Positions 10,239 to 19,000 of a stretch of DNA of 64,000 nucleotides are shown here, piece after piece (the stretch's first letter is position 1; each line of letters starts with the position of its first letter). The DNA comes from Bacteroidales bacterium UBA3754 (GTDB lineage Bacteria > Bacteroidota > Bacteroidia > Bacteroidales > UBA1715). The position numbers and the translations under genes were made by a program. A model generated the notes under the pieces. It did not search any database, was not told where the DNA came from, and was given only the letters and a program-made list of their open reading frames with translations. Where the stretch lies: the NCBI GenBank assembly GCA_002371705.1, contig DFGI01000068.1:16911-80910 (forward strand), given 5' to 3'.

Positions 10239-10862
10239 TTATAAGAAATAACCGAAACCTAATTTTAATTCAAAGAAATTCGATTGTTTGAAGTTTGTCA
10301 CGCTCGACACACCAATCGAAAATGCCATATCATTGTAATCTGTCATTGCTTGCAATTCCCAATGCAAACCCGAACGCGGTGATGATTTTGATTTCCACGT
10401 TGCCCAGTCTCCATCAGCCATTTCGTAACGAACCGTACGGTTTCCATAGCCAATACCAGCCATCAAAAATATAGGAATTCGGTACGAAGGTATTTCTGTA
10501 CGAACCACGCCACCACCTGTCAATGCAAAATACGAAGTACGTTTTTTTCCAGTATAAAACGGATATTCACCATTAATGGCTCCATTTTCATCGGCTTTCG
10601 CATCTGAAGAGAAACGGAAACCAAAGTCTGTCATAATGTTGGCGTACCAACCATACACATCAACTTGACCATATGTAGCACCAAAACTGAAGTCAGGATA
10701 CAACGCCACGCCTATATGCCCCATAGCAAATTGTTTCTGACGATTCGTCATTTGTTGTTCGTTTGGAGACTGAGGTTTCAATACTATTGATGGTTCCGAA
10801 GCATATATTACACTCGGGACAACGAACAATATCAATAATGTAAGTAAACTCTTTTTCTTCAT
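10239..10862 (-). CDS. Small outer-membrane beta-barrel protein
   Basis: Signal peptide MKKKSLLTLLILFVVPSVIYA. Alternating strands throughout. The C-terminus ELKLGFGYFL is typical of OMP barrels. Confidence 0.55.
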   Translation of the reverse strand: MKKKSLLTLLILFVVPSVIYASEPSIVLKPQSPNEQQMTNRQKQFAMGHIGVALYPDFSFGATYGQVDVYGWYANIMTDFGFRFSSDAKADENGAINGEYPFYTGKKRTSYFALTGGGVVRTEIPSYRIPIFLMAGIGYGNRTVRYEMADGDWATWKSKSSPRSGLHWELQAMTDYNDMAFSIGVSSVTNFKQSNFFELKLGFGYFL

Positions 10863-10982
10863 ACCTATATTGTTTCAATCATGAAAAAATTGCCTTAACT
10901 GTCTGTTTATTGGCGTAAATATATGAAAAAATTATTGTAAGCCTATAGTTTCACACGTAAAATATATATTCTATGTTGTTTT

Positions 10983-13481
10983 TTATTTTGCGACAATCAA
11001 TTTTTTAATAACAATCGTATCGCTATCCATTTGAATCACAACAACATAGCATCCATTTGGCAAACATGCGACAGAAAATTCAGAATCTACGGTTTTCACA
11101 ACCACATTCCCCGTCATATCAGTTACAAGCACTTGTTTTACTCCATTTGAAGATGAAATTTTCACCAGATTTTTCGCAATGCTCGGAAATACACTTACTT
11201 CTTCCGATGCAACCGTTGGCAACGCTGTTTTGGTGTAATTTCCAAAAATCGGACGTAACAGCAATGCGCCTTTCTGCACGGAGTTTTCCCATTCAAAGCC
11301 AAGATTGTAATACAATCGATTATTCAAACTTTGATTCAAATCAATGCCCATATTCAAAAGCACGTCGTTTGGTTGTTCCCAACCGACGAAAAACGATTTC
11401 CCTACTACAAGCGCATCGCCGCCATTCACAATATTTTCAGGATGAATCTCATAATCAACAAATTGGAACATTCCATCGGCATACGCTATCCGTTCGCTCG
11501 GTGCATAATATAACAACTCACCAGGCAAGCCGTTATTGTTTTCCCACACGCATAAATTGAATGTGGTCGCCTGTTCGCGCATTGTAGGATTGAAATACGT
11601 GGAAATCGCCTTCAGCGTGTCGGACTGCAAAATATCGAATTTAAAAGCGACCTTCCCCATTGGCGCATCACGCAAACCATAGCCAGCTTCGGGCGTACCA
11701 TCGTCGTAGGCATAATAGTTTGAAACCGTCAAAACAGAACGACACGTGTCGTTCCAACGATATTGTTCATACAGCGGATTGGCAATGTCGGTGAAAAAAT
11801 ACGAGAATTCATATTCCGCATCGTCATACACATCTATATCTTCAGAAAGAAAACTAAAGAAATCCACATCAAATTCTGTAAGAATATCGCGTTCTGAAGC
11901 CGCTGTGGCAGCTGGAATATCGGTCTCGTAGGTTGGAAAGAACAATGCCTCGCCCGTATGTAATTTTTTCACGGTAAAATTAAATTTCACTTTTCGGAAA
12001 TCAGTGTCAAAATTGATGAATTTCGCCAAAACCGTCATTTTGAAATCACTTTCATCAACTTGTGCGAAATGCGACATAGGCAAAGCCTTGTAACGGGAAT
12101 ATAGCGGTGTGATTTCTGAAGTAAACGCCACATCTGGTACATCAAGATTTGTTACAGAACGGTTCGCATTCAGCCAAATCAAATCAATATGCCAAAAATC
12201 CTCGTTTCGGGCGTGACTCGCATCGTTGCTCAAACTTGTATAATTTTTGAATCGGAACCGAAAGCCTTTCACCAAATTCGAAGCCTGTTCCAACGGAATA
12301 TACACGGGAACAAATTCATCACCGGTTTTCTTGCTTGTTGACCAAATCCATTTCCACGACGGATTACATTCCCCCATCGTTTCCGTTGCGGTATAAGCCC
12401 ATGTAGGATTACCATCAGGCATTCTCGCATAGCCGAAACCAGTACCCAATTTTTCAGATAATGAAATACTATCAACCAACACTGTATCAGGCGAATACAA
12501 ATATGCCAACGGGACAGTCAACGAATCTGTGGAAAAATATGAATATGGTATCACACAATGGCGATATGCAGGAATTTCAAATTCAGGCAATGAAAACCTT
12601 CCTAACGAGTCGTTTTCCATAACATCAACAAGCGGTAACGGCAACAAAAACCAGCCTTTGAGCGAAATTAAAGAATCGGTTGCATTATAAATCTCCACGC
12701 CAGTCGTATTTATTTCGTTAATCAGCACGCCACTGGTATCGTAAGGAATATAAAATTCCAACACCAAACTGTCGGTTGCTTCAGGAACATCAACGTTGCC
12801 ACCAGCCTGATAATAGAAACTCAACGCAAGCGAATCTTCTATATGATAGTCAAACCATTGGTGCTCAGTTTTATACGAGCCTATTATATATTGTTTATCC
12901 TTATCGAATATTGAATCCTGTTGCGCGACAAACAAATCATCCACTTTTTTATAGATAGTATCGCCGGCACAATACGCAAGTCCCTGCGTCACAGATACAT
13001 AATCGGATAGTTTTGCATCATATAGGAAATATGAATCGTCAAGCAAGACAAACGACGAGCCATTTTTCCTATACAATTTATCGCTCACATACATCAACTC
13101 ATAGTTTTTCAAATTGATTGGCAACGATGTGAGATAATCGGAAATTCTCGCTGTTGTTGCAACATTTTCGTGTAATTTGCCATTTGAAGCCATTGCGTCA
13201 AGCGAAACCACGCCAATAGTTTTCACATTTTTGGCAAATCCCCGATTCACATACGCATCATCATCCTGCCACATCAATGCCGATGGACGAGCATCAGGAT
13301 AAGCAAAATCATCGAAAAATGGTAGATTTTTCAACAAAGATTCTGCTTGTGTCTGTGATTTTAATTGCGTTTTTTGCTGGGAAACAAGAGCTTGCAACGT
13401 TTCTTGCGCAAATAAATTCTGCGACAAGCATACATTTCCAATTAATAACAATATTATATATGCACAACGATTATTCCTCAT
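10983..13481 (-). CDS. Secreted protein with a lamin-tail-like domain and a T9SS C-terminal sorting domain
   Basis: Signal peptide present. LTD-like motif VLINEINTTGVEIYNATDSLISLKGWFL. The C-terminal ~70 aa (VSVFPSIAKNLVKI...LPNGCYVVVIQMDSDTIVIKKLIVAK) look like a type-A T9SS tail. Confidence 0.7.
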   Translation of the reverse strand: MRNNRCAYIILLLIGNVCLSQNLFAQETLQALVSQQKTQLKSQTQAESLLKNLPFFDDFAYPDARPSALMWQDDDAYVNRGFAKNVKTIGVVSLDAMASNGKLHENVATTARISDYLTSLPINLKNYELMYVSDKLYRKNGSSFVLLDDSYFLYDAKLSDYVSVTQGLAYCAGDTIYKKVDDLFVAQQDSIFDKDKQYIIGSYKTEHQWFDYHIEDSLALSFYYQAGGNVDVPEATDSLVLEFYIPYDTSGVLINEINTTGVEIYNATDSLISLKGWFLLPLPLVDVMENDSLGRFSLPEFEIPAYRHCVIPYSYFSTDSLTVPLAYLYSPDTVLVDSISLSEKLGTGFGYARMPDGNPTWAYTATETMGECNPSWKWIWSTSKKTGDEFVPVYIPLEQASNLVKGFRFRFKNYTSLSNDASHARNEDFWHIDLIWLNANRSVTNLDVPDVAFTSEITPLYSRYKALPMSHFAQVDESDFKMTVLAKFINFDTDFRKVKFNFTVKKLHTGEALFFPTYETDIPAATAASERDILTEFDVDFFSFLSEDIDVYDDAEYEFSYFFTDIANPLYEQYRWNDTCRSVLTVSNYYAYDDGTPEAGYGLRDAPMGKVAFKFDILQSDTLKAISTYFNPTMREQATTFNLCVWENNNGLPGELLYYAPSERIAYADGMFQFVDYEIHPENIVNGGDALVVGKSFFVGWEQPNDVLLNMGIDLNQSLNNRLYYNLGFEWENSVQKGALLLRPIFGNYTKTALPTVASEEVSVFPSIAKNLVKISSSNGVKQVLVTDMTGNVVVKTVDSEFSVACLPNGCYVVVIQMDSDTIVIKKLIVAK

Positions 13482-14259
13482 CCGTATTGGTATTTATAGC
13501 TGATTCAATACCGAACCACACATCTATTGTTTCACTTGCCGTCATTTTTCCCCCTTCCACATACGCAGGCGATTGGCGAATAACGCGTGCACGCAATGTA
13601 TCATCCTTTGTTCGCACCTCTGCGTTAAATATAGGATTAATGTTTAAGCCACGTGCCATAAGCGAATCGGAGATTGCCGACCACGGAAGCCCCAATAATG
13701 ATGGTATTGCAACAACAACTCCATCACCGCCTTGTCCCACCAACAAATCAACCGCTGAACCTTTAGGAATTTTTGTTCCTGGCTCTATCGTTTTTAAATT
13801 ATACCGTTGTTCAAACACATAATTATTGGCAAAATCAGGTTTGTACTCAATCACACCTATGCGCAAACCATTGTTTTCGAGCATCTGCGTAGCCTGGCGA
13901 AGTGAAACATTCGTGACTTTTGGCATAACGACCATAACTGGTGTTATGGAATTGATAGACAGATAGATTGTCCTTCCCCGTTTTACCTTTGAATTTGCCG
14001 AAGGAAAATGGTCAACAATTGCCCCTGGCGCAACATCGTCAACACTCAACGTGTCGTTTACCTTAACCTGCAAGCCATCTTTTGCCGCTAAAATTTGAGC
14101 AGCATCAAAATCAAGCCCACGAAAATCAGGAACCGTAACATTCTCACCATGATCGGTGTATGAATCCAACCAAATGTCAAATGCTATAAACGCGACTACA
14201 AAAACTGCCACTATGCAGCCAATGTTAATAAAGAGAAATCTGTGTCTTTTTATGTCCAT
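13471..14259 (-). CDS. Membrane-anchored stand-alone PASTA-domain protein (three PASTA repeats)
   Basis: N-terminal TM helix, then three ~65-aa repeats beginning VTVPDFRGLDFDAAQ, VMPKVTNVSLRQATQ and VAIPSLLGLPWSAIS. Its stop overlaps the next gene's start by 11 nt. Confidence 0.8.
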   Translation of the reverse strand: MDIKRHRFLFINIGCIVAVFVVAFIAFDIWLDSYTDHGENVTVPDFRGLDFDAAQILAAKDGLQVKVNDTLSVDDVAPGAIVDHFPSANSKVKRGRTIYLSINSITPVMVVMPKVTNVSLRQATQMLENNGLRIGVIEYKPDFANNYVFEQRYNLKTIEPGTKIPKGSAVDLLVGQGGDGVVVAIPSLLGLPWSAISDSLMARGLNINPIFNAEVRTKDDTLRARVIRQSPAYVEGGKMTASETIDVWFGIESAINTNTDEE

Positions 14260-14281
14260 AACGATATAATAAACGTACGAA

Positions 14282-14289
14282 CAAAAATA
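14282..14289 (-). promoter_or_regulatory. -7 box TATTTTTG upstream of the PASTA gene
   Basis: Minus strand reads TATTTTTG, 22 nt upstream of the ATG at 14259. Confidence 0.4.
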
Positions 14290-14338
14290 AAATTATAAAT
14301 GGAAACTAAAAAATAATTAAGAAAGAAAAAAGGAAATT

Positions 14339-14540
14339 AAAAAAACGGGTAACCAGAGAAGAAGAAACTAACTAAAAACTACCTTACATTAACCTCAAAC
14401 ACCACATAACCAATCATGAAAAAGCCGCAACACCATGAAAAAAAGAGAAGACCTGGCTACCCGTTTATCGTGATTTTTGAATAAATCTCAATGTACTTTA
14501 CCGCAATTTAAGAATCGTTGATTATTCCCTCATTGCTTTT
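14339..14540 (-). ncRNA. Candidate small RNA (unassigned family), bounded by its own promoter and a terminator-like closing helix
   Basis: A -33/-7 promoter sits just upstream at 14571-14542. AAACGGGTAGCCAG (14466-14453) pairs with CTGGTTACCCGTTT (14356-14343) and runs into T7. No ORF longer than 13 codons lies inside. The 5' end is estimated from the promoter only. Confidence 0.3.
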
Positions 14541-14541
14541 A

Positions 14542-14549
14542 CAAAAATA
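14542..14549 (-). promoter_or_regulatory. -7 box TATTTTTG, with TTTG 18 nt upstream (14568-14571), for the candidate sRNA
   Basis: The minus strand reads TTTG-N18-TATTTTTG inside a 373-nt intergenic gap. Confidence 0.4.
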
Positions 14550-14632
14550 CACAATTTTTCACAAACACAAAACTTTTTTTCATAAAAAGTGTAAAAAATA
14601 CAATAAGTACTCTGTAAGTTATTGTAAATCAA

Positions 14633-15505
14633 TTAAATATTTTTATAAAAAATTTCAAAACTTTTTATTGGAGCAGTAATAATTGCATGTATTTTTAGTC
14701 CAAAAGCAGTCAATTCCTCCGCTAAAATTTCTGAAAATACGTTTGCTATGGATCCAACAAAGGAAATTTCCCCTACTCCATATTTATCGGCTATAGGTTT
14801 TGCATAGACTTCGGCGAATTCCCTATAGGATTCGTGCAGAATTGTCTGGATTTCCTGATTTTTCACATTCTCGGCATAAAATGGTGCAAATCCAGCTAAA
14901 TATGCGTTTGGACGTGGTTGCTTATAAACTCTGTCGAGCAATTCAGGCAACGAGACGTGATATGTGTTTTGAAATTTTTCAATGAGAACCTCTGATAGTT
15001 GTTTTTCAAACACAGCCTTAATCAATTTTCTGCCAAGCACTGCACCACTTCCCGCATCACCAAATATATAGCCCAACGATGACATTGGTGTTTGCAACGT
15101 TTTTCCATCCCAAAAGCCAATGTTCATTCCCGTACCTAAAATTGCCACAATACCTTTTCCATTTCCGTAGCAAGCAATTGCCGCACCTTTTAAATCGGAA
15201 TCCACAATGATTTCCGCACGACAAAATAATTTCCGCAACGCATTTTCTATTACTTGTTTGGATTCCGCTCTACCACAACCAGAACCATAAAAATAGATTT
15301 TTGAAACAGCCATATAAGCATTATCCATTGCGAATTGTGCATTGTGCATTGTGCATTGTAAAAAATTTCGAGAAATCTCGTCACATATCTGTTCTTCAGT
15401 AACAAAATATGGATTCAGCCCAATTGTCTGAAAATGAAATGTTTGCTGTGCATCTACACATGCCCAGTCTGTTTTGGTGGAACCACTGTCGGCAAGAAGA
15501 ATCAT
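14633..15505 (-). CDS. BadF/BadG/BcrA/BcrD-type ATPase (N-acetylglucosamine kinase-like)
   Basis: N-terminal phosphate-1 motif MILLADSGSTKTDW. The later GTGMN and GDAGSG motifs are typical of the ASKHA sugar-kinase fold. Confidence 0.8.
   Translation of the reverse strand: MILLADSGSTKTDWACVDAQQTFHFQTIGLNPYFVTEEQICDEISRNFLQCTMHNAQFAMDNAYMAVSKIYFYGSGCGRAESKQVIENALRKLFCRAEIIVDSDLKGAAIACYGNGKGIVAILGTGMNIGFWDGKTLQTPMSSLGYIFGDAGSGAVLGRKLIKAVFEKQLSEVLIEKFQNTYHVSLPELLDRVYKQPRPNAYLAGFAPFYAENVKNQEIQTILHESYREFAEVYAKPIADKYGVGEISFVGSIANVFSEILAEELTAFGLKIHAIITAPIKSFEIFYKNI
15326..15360. repeat. Heptanucleotide tandem repeat (CATTGNG x5, three perfect CATTGTG-register units) inside the kinase CDS
   Basis: The plus strand reads cattgcg aattgtg cattgtg cattgtg cattgta. 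It encodes ...QCTMHNAQFAM... on the minus strand. Confidence 0.9.
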
Positions 15506-15801
15506 AACGATGTAAGTATTGTTTTGAACATACCAAATTGGTTAGTGAATTTGGCAACCAACGCCGCCTCGAAATCTTGTTGATACCGCTGGCAATAAAA
15601 TGAAAAATCGTCTTCGGTATCAAACAATATCTGCAAGGCAAAACAATCATCGGCACCTTGCTGCGCCTCTATCTGGAACACATTTGAGGACGCAACGGCA
15701 GGACACACCCGCAATAGCGGTAAATATTCCTTGGAAAGCCATTCAAGCGCCTCCTGCTGGATGGCATCGGAAAACGACAATGTTATATTTACAATTTTCA
15801 T
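15502..15801 (-). CDS. DUF4286-like small protein
   Basis: 99 aa beginning MKIVNITLSFSDAIQQEALEWLSKEYLPLL. ATGA start/stop overlaps at both ends tie it to its neighbours. The family call is from recollection. Confidence 0.5.
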   Translation of the reverse strand: MKIVNITLSFSDAIQQEALEWLSKEYLPLLRVCPAVASSNVFQIEAQQGADDCFALQILFDTEDDFSFYCQRYQQDFEAALVAKFTNQFGMFKTILTSL

Positions 15802-16526
15802 AATTTCATATTTTGATTTGCAAGACTATAATATAATAGTATGAACGGAATCATAGTTGTTTCGCTCAGCACAGTCACAACCGACGACACAACAACATTC
15901 AAAAACGTATTTTCGGCGGGCAACAAATCGCCAATTACAATTGAAAGCACGAATATTACCACATAGCACAATATCACCACCGCAAAACTCTGCCGCCAAT
16001 TGGTACGACACAAATTCAAACATCGCGACAGACTCAAAAAGCTTCGCTGACGGGCAAATAGCACATCGTACACCACCATTGACAACGCAGGCAACAATAT
16101 AACTCCAGGAACAATAAAACAGCAAAATCCCACAAACAACGCACAAGAAACGTACAAGGACGCCAAAAACGCCTGTACAAAATTGTCCATTATATACGAT
16201 TTTATGCTATCCAAATCAATTCGGGAACCCGACATATATAATTGTACATATGCACACGATACAAACACGCCGAAAAATTTTGCCACAAAAGATAAAGCCA
16301 AGGCTATATACATATTATTATATGATCCAGAAAGAACATCTATCGTTTGTAAATCAAACGTTTGCTGTGTAAGAATGTATGCGGAAGCCAAGGCAAATGG
16401 CAACACAAAAATCGAAAGAATCAATCCATATGATTGTCCCTCCGATTTCATAAACGCAAGATAATCAGCGAAAATTTCCTGCGTTGAACGCACTTTATTA
16501 AAATCAATTCTTTGTGAATTGTACAT
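15798..16526 (-). CDS. Multi-pass membrane protein, function unknown
   Basis: Five to six hydrophobic segments. The ATG at 16526 is preferred over the listed TTG at 16532. Confidence 0.5.
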   Translation of the reverse strand: MYNSQRIDFNKVRSTQEIFADYLAFMKSEGQSYGLILSIFVLPFALASAYILTQQTFDLQTIDVLSGSYNNMYIALALSFVAKFFGVFVSCAYVQLYMSGSRIDLDSIKSYIMDNFVQAFLASLYVSCALFVGFCCFIVPGVILLPALSMVVYDVLFARQRSFLSLSRCLNLCRTNWRQSFAVVILCYVVIFVLSIVIGDLLPAENTFLNVVVSSVVTVLSETTMIPFILLYYSLANQNMKL

Positions 16527-16720
16527 AACCAAAATTTTACATGCAAAGATACGGATACCTTTGTTTTTTTCACATTATTACAAAAAAATTAGTACAGTTT
16601 TGGGTTAATGATTATAATTTGCAAAGTTTGTCGAGCCAACCATGGCAATATTCAAGATTGTCAAAATACGCCCAAACTTGATTTTATGCACAACAAACCA
16701 CGAAGAAAAGAAATTTATAT

Positions 16721-16728
16721 TATTTTTG
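16721..16728 (+). promoter_or_regulatory. -7 box TATTTTTG for the DJ-1/PfpI gene
   Basis: Lies 17 nt upstream of the ATG at 16746 and inside the over-extended listed ORF, which argues for the internal start. Confidence 0.45.
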
Positions 16729-16745
16729 TGCAAATCATTAACAAA

Positions 16746-17309
16746 ATGGATTCAAAGGTTTATATTTTTCTTGCTGACGGATTCGAAGAATTGGAAGCAC
16801 TTGCCCCACTCGACATTTTGCGACGGGCTGGTTTTGAAGTTGAGACAGTTTCAATCACTAACGACATTGAAGTTGTAGGTTCGCATGGATTGCGCGTTTT
16901 ATGCGATTCGACCATAAATCTTATTTCACCAGAAATCGCAGAATTATTAATTCTTCCAGGCGGAATGCCAGGGGCTGAAAATCTCGCCGCAAGCGAAGAA
17001 TTGGCAAAAATACTGACCAAGCAAAACGAAGAAGGTAAATGGCTTGCCGCAATTTGCGCAGCTCCATTTGTATTAGGTAAACTTGGACTATTACAAGGGA
17101 AACAAGCGACCTGCTACCCTGGTTACGAACAATATTTGGAAGGAGCAGAATGTTTGAACCAACCTGTGGTCGTTTCGCAAAATGTGATTACTGGAAACGG
17201 CGCCGGTGCAGCTGTACGATTTGCATTCACAATCGTCGCGAAACTTAAAGGACAACGTGTTGCGGATTTTCTTGCAGAAAAAATGATGAACGAACGATAC
17301 GACTTATAG
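16746..17309 (+). CDS. DJ-1/PfpI (ThiJ/YajL) family protein
   Basis: KVYIFLADGFEELEALAPLDILRRAG, nucleophile-elbow AAICAAP, and 187 aa from the internal ATG. Confidence 0.85.
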   Translation: MDSKVYIFLADGFEELEALAPLDILRRAGFEVETVSITNDIEVVGSHGLRVLCDSTINLISPEIAELLILPGGMPGAENLAASEELAKILTKQNEEGKWLAAICAAPFVLGKLGLLQGKQATCYPGYEQYLEGAECLNQPVVVSQNVITGNGAGAAVRFAFTIVAKLKGQRVADFLAEKMMNERYDL

Positions 17310-17336
17310 TTAGGAGTTTGGAAAATTGAGGTTATA

Positions 17337-17371
17337 ATGCATTATGTGGTACGCATAATGCATTTTTTTTT
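17337..17371 (+). terminator. Intrinsic terminator
   Basis: ATGCATTATG / 7-nt loop / CATAATGCAT, followed by T8. Confidence 0.75.
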
Positions 17372-17466
17372 GCCCTTACTTGTATTTTAATTCCCCAAAA
17401 CTATGGTACGAACAAGATTTTTTGTAACTTTGCAACAATAAAAACAAATTATATATTTTTCAATAT

Positions 17467-18990
17467 ATGGATAATACTGAAAATCAAGTCCCAAACTCAT
17501 CAGAGACAAAGACATCAAAATCTATGTCGTCGGGTGGCGAAAAATTAGCTTGGGCCAGCGGAGGGTTTGCAGAAAACCTTGCGATGAACGTTTTCCCATC
17601 ATTAAGTTTCAATATTTTTCAGATTGGCATGGGTGTCAGCCCGGTTGTCATCAGTATTGCGACAAGTGCATCTAAATTTATCGAAGGTTTTTCCGACACG
17701 TTTTTCGGAAACTTGAGCGACAACACCCGTACCAAATGGGGGCGTCGTCGTCCGTGGATATTCTTCGGTGCGTTTATTCTTGCGCTAACCTTTATCGCGA
17801 TATGGTTTACGCCGCGTACGCCAGGAATAATGCAGACTGTGTACTTTATTACTATTGTGTCACTCTTCTACATTGTGATGGCAATTTGGCAAATGCCGTA
17901 CGGAGCCTTGGGGCTTGAGCTGGAGGAAGATTACACGGAACGAACGAAGCTACAAACGTACAAATCTATATTCTCGTACGTTATCGGTATTCTTATCGGT
18001 TCCGCATATCTTATCTGTCAATTGGACTTTATGAAAGGTTCGGGTAACGAAGTTGACGGTGCAAGAAAACTTGGTGTCATCGTCGGTATTTTAATCATTA
18101 TCTTCGGAGTCATTCCAGCCATTTTCTGTAAAGAAAAGAATATGGAACGTACACAGGCACAAAAGAAAGACCCATTCTGGCCTTCATTGGTTGTGACATT
18201 CAAGTCGAAACCATTCCTTTTGTTGATGGGTTCATTATTCTTTGTGTATGTGGCATTGTTCTTTATGTTGCCCTTGCTTGGCTACATTTCAATGTATCAT
18301 GTATGTTCCGATGGTATGCACAATATTTTCAACTGGACATGGCGTCATCCATTCACATTCTCGTTTGAAGAATCATTTGTGACTCACAAAGAATTGGCAG
18401 GACACATCGGTGTTTATACCGCAATTTTGCAACCTGCCACACAAATTTTAATGGTAATCATCGTGAACCGTATTGCAAAATTCTTCGACAAACGTACGTT
18501 GTTGATTCTCGGTTCATCCGTTGCAATTCTTGGATACGTTTCAAGCTGGTTCTTGTTCACTCCTTCGGCTCCATTCTTGGCAGTGTTCCCGCCGGTAATC
18601 ATCAACATGGGATTGGCAATGTGCTGGCCGTTGATTGGTTCGTTTACTGCCGACATCTGCGACTACGACGAATACGAACACGGAAGCCGTCGTGAAGGTA
18701 TGTTTACCGCCGTTTCTGGTTTCTTGATTAAATTGGCTATTGCATTAGTGTCAATTATAGCAGGTTACGTTCTTGTTCTTGTTGGCATTGATGGCGCAAA
18801 CCCAATTATTTCAGTGAGCGATTTGAACTTGGTTCGCGAAATGTACGTATGGATTCCAACCGTTTCGATGTTGCTTACCATCGTTTTGATTTGGAAATAC
18901 CCACTTTCTAAGGAAAAAGTTCAAGAAATTCAAGAAAAGTTACGTGAAAGAGCTGCTGCAAAGGCTGCTTCAGGTGAAACAAACAATTAA
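17467..18990 (+). CDS. MFS transporter of the glycoside-pentoside-hexuronide:cation symporter (GPH/MelB-like) type
   Basis: About 12 TM segments. GPH-type loop motif GNLSDNTRTKWGRRRPW. Confidence 0.8.
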   Translation: MDNTENQVPNSSETKTSKSMSSGGEKLAWASGGFAENLAMNVFPSLSFNIFQIGMGVSPVVISIATSASKFIEGFSDTFFGNLSDNTRTKWGRRRPWIFFGAFILALTFIAIWFTPRTPGIMQTVYFITIVSLFYIVMAIWQMPYGALGLELEEDYTERTKLQTYKSIFSYVIGILIGSAYLICQLDFMKGSGNEVDGARKLGVIVGILIIIFGVIPAIFCKEKNMERTQAQKKDPFWPSLVVTFKSKPFLLLMGSLFFVYVALFFMLPLLGYISMYHVCSDGMHNIFNWTWRHPFTFSFEESFVTHKELAGHIGVYTAILQPATQILMVIIVNRIAKFFDKRTLLILGSSVAILGYVSSWFLFTPSAPFLAVFPPVIINMGLAMCWPLIGSFTADICDYDEYEHGSRREGMFTAVSGFLIKLAIALVSIIAGYVLVLVGIDGANPIISVSDLNLVREMYVWIPTVSMLLTIVLIWKYPLSKEKVQEIQEKLRERAAAKAASGETNN

Positions 18991-19000
18991 TTAGTGCATT

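Noticed and set aside
14339-14540. Assigning the candidate sRNA to 6S, SRP (4.5S), tmRNA or RNase P RNA
   Set aside because: I could not find the conserved SRP domain IV motifs, a tRNA-like tmRNA end, the P4 elements of RNase P, or 6S geometry with paired 5' and 3' ends. It is left as an unassigned candidate.
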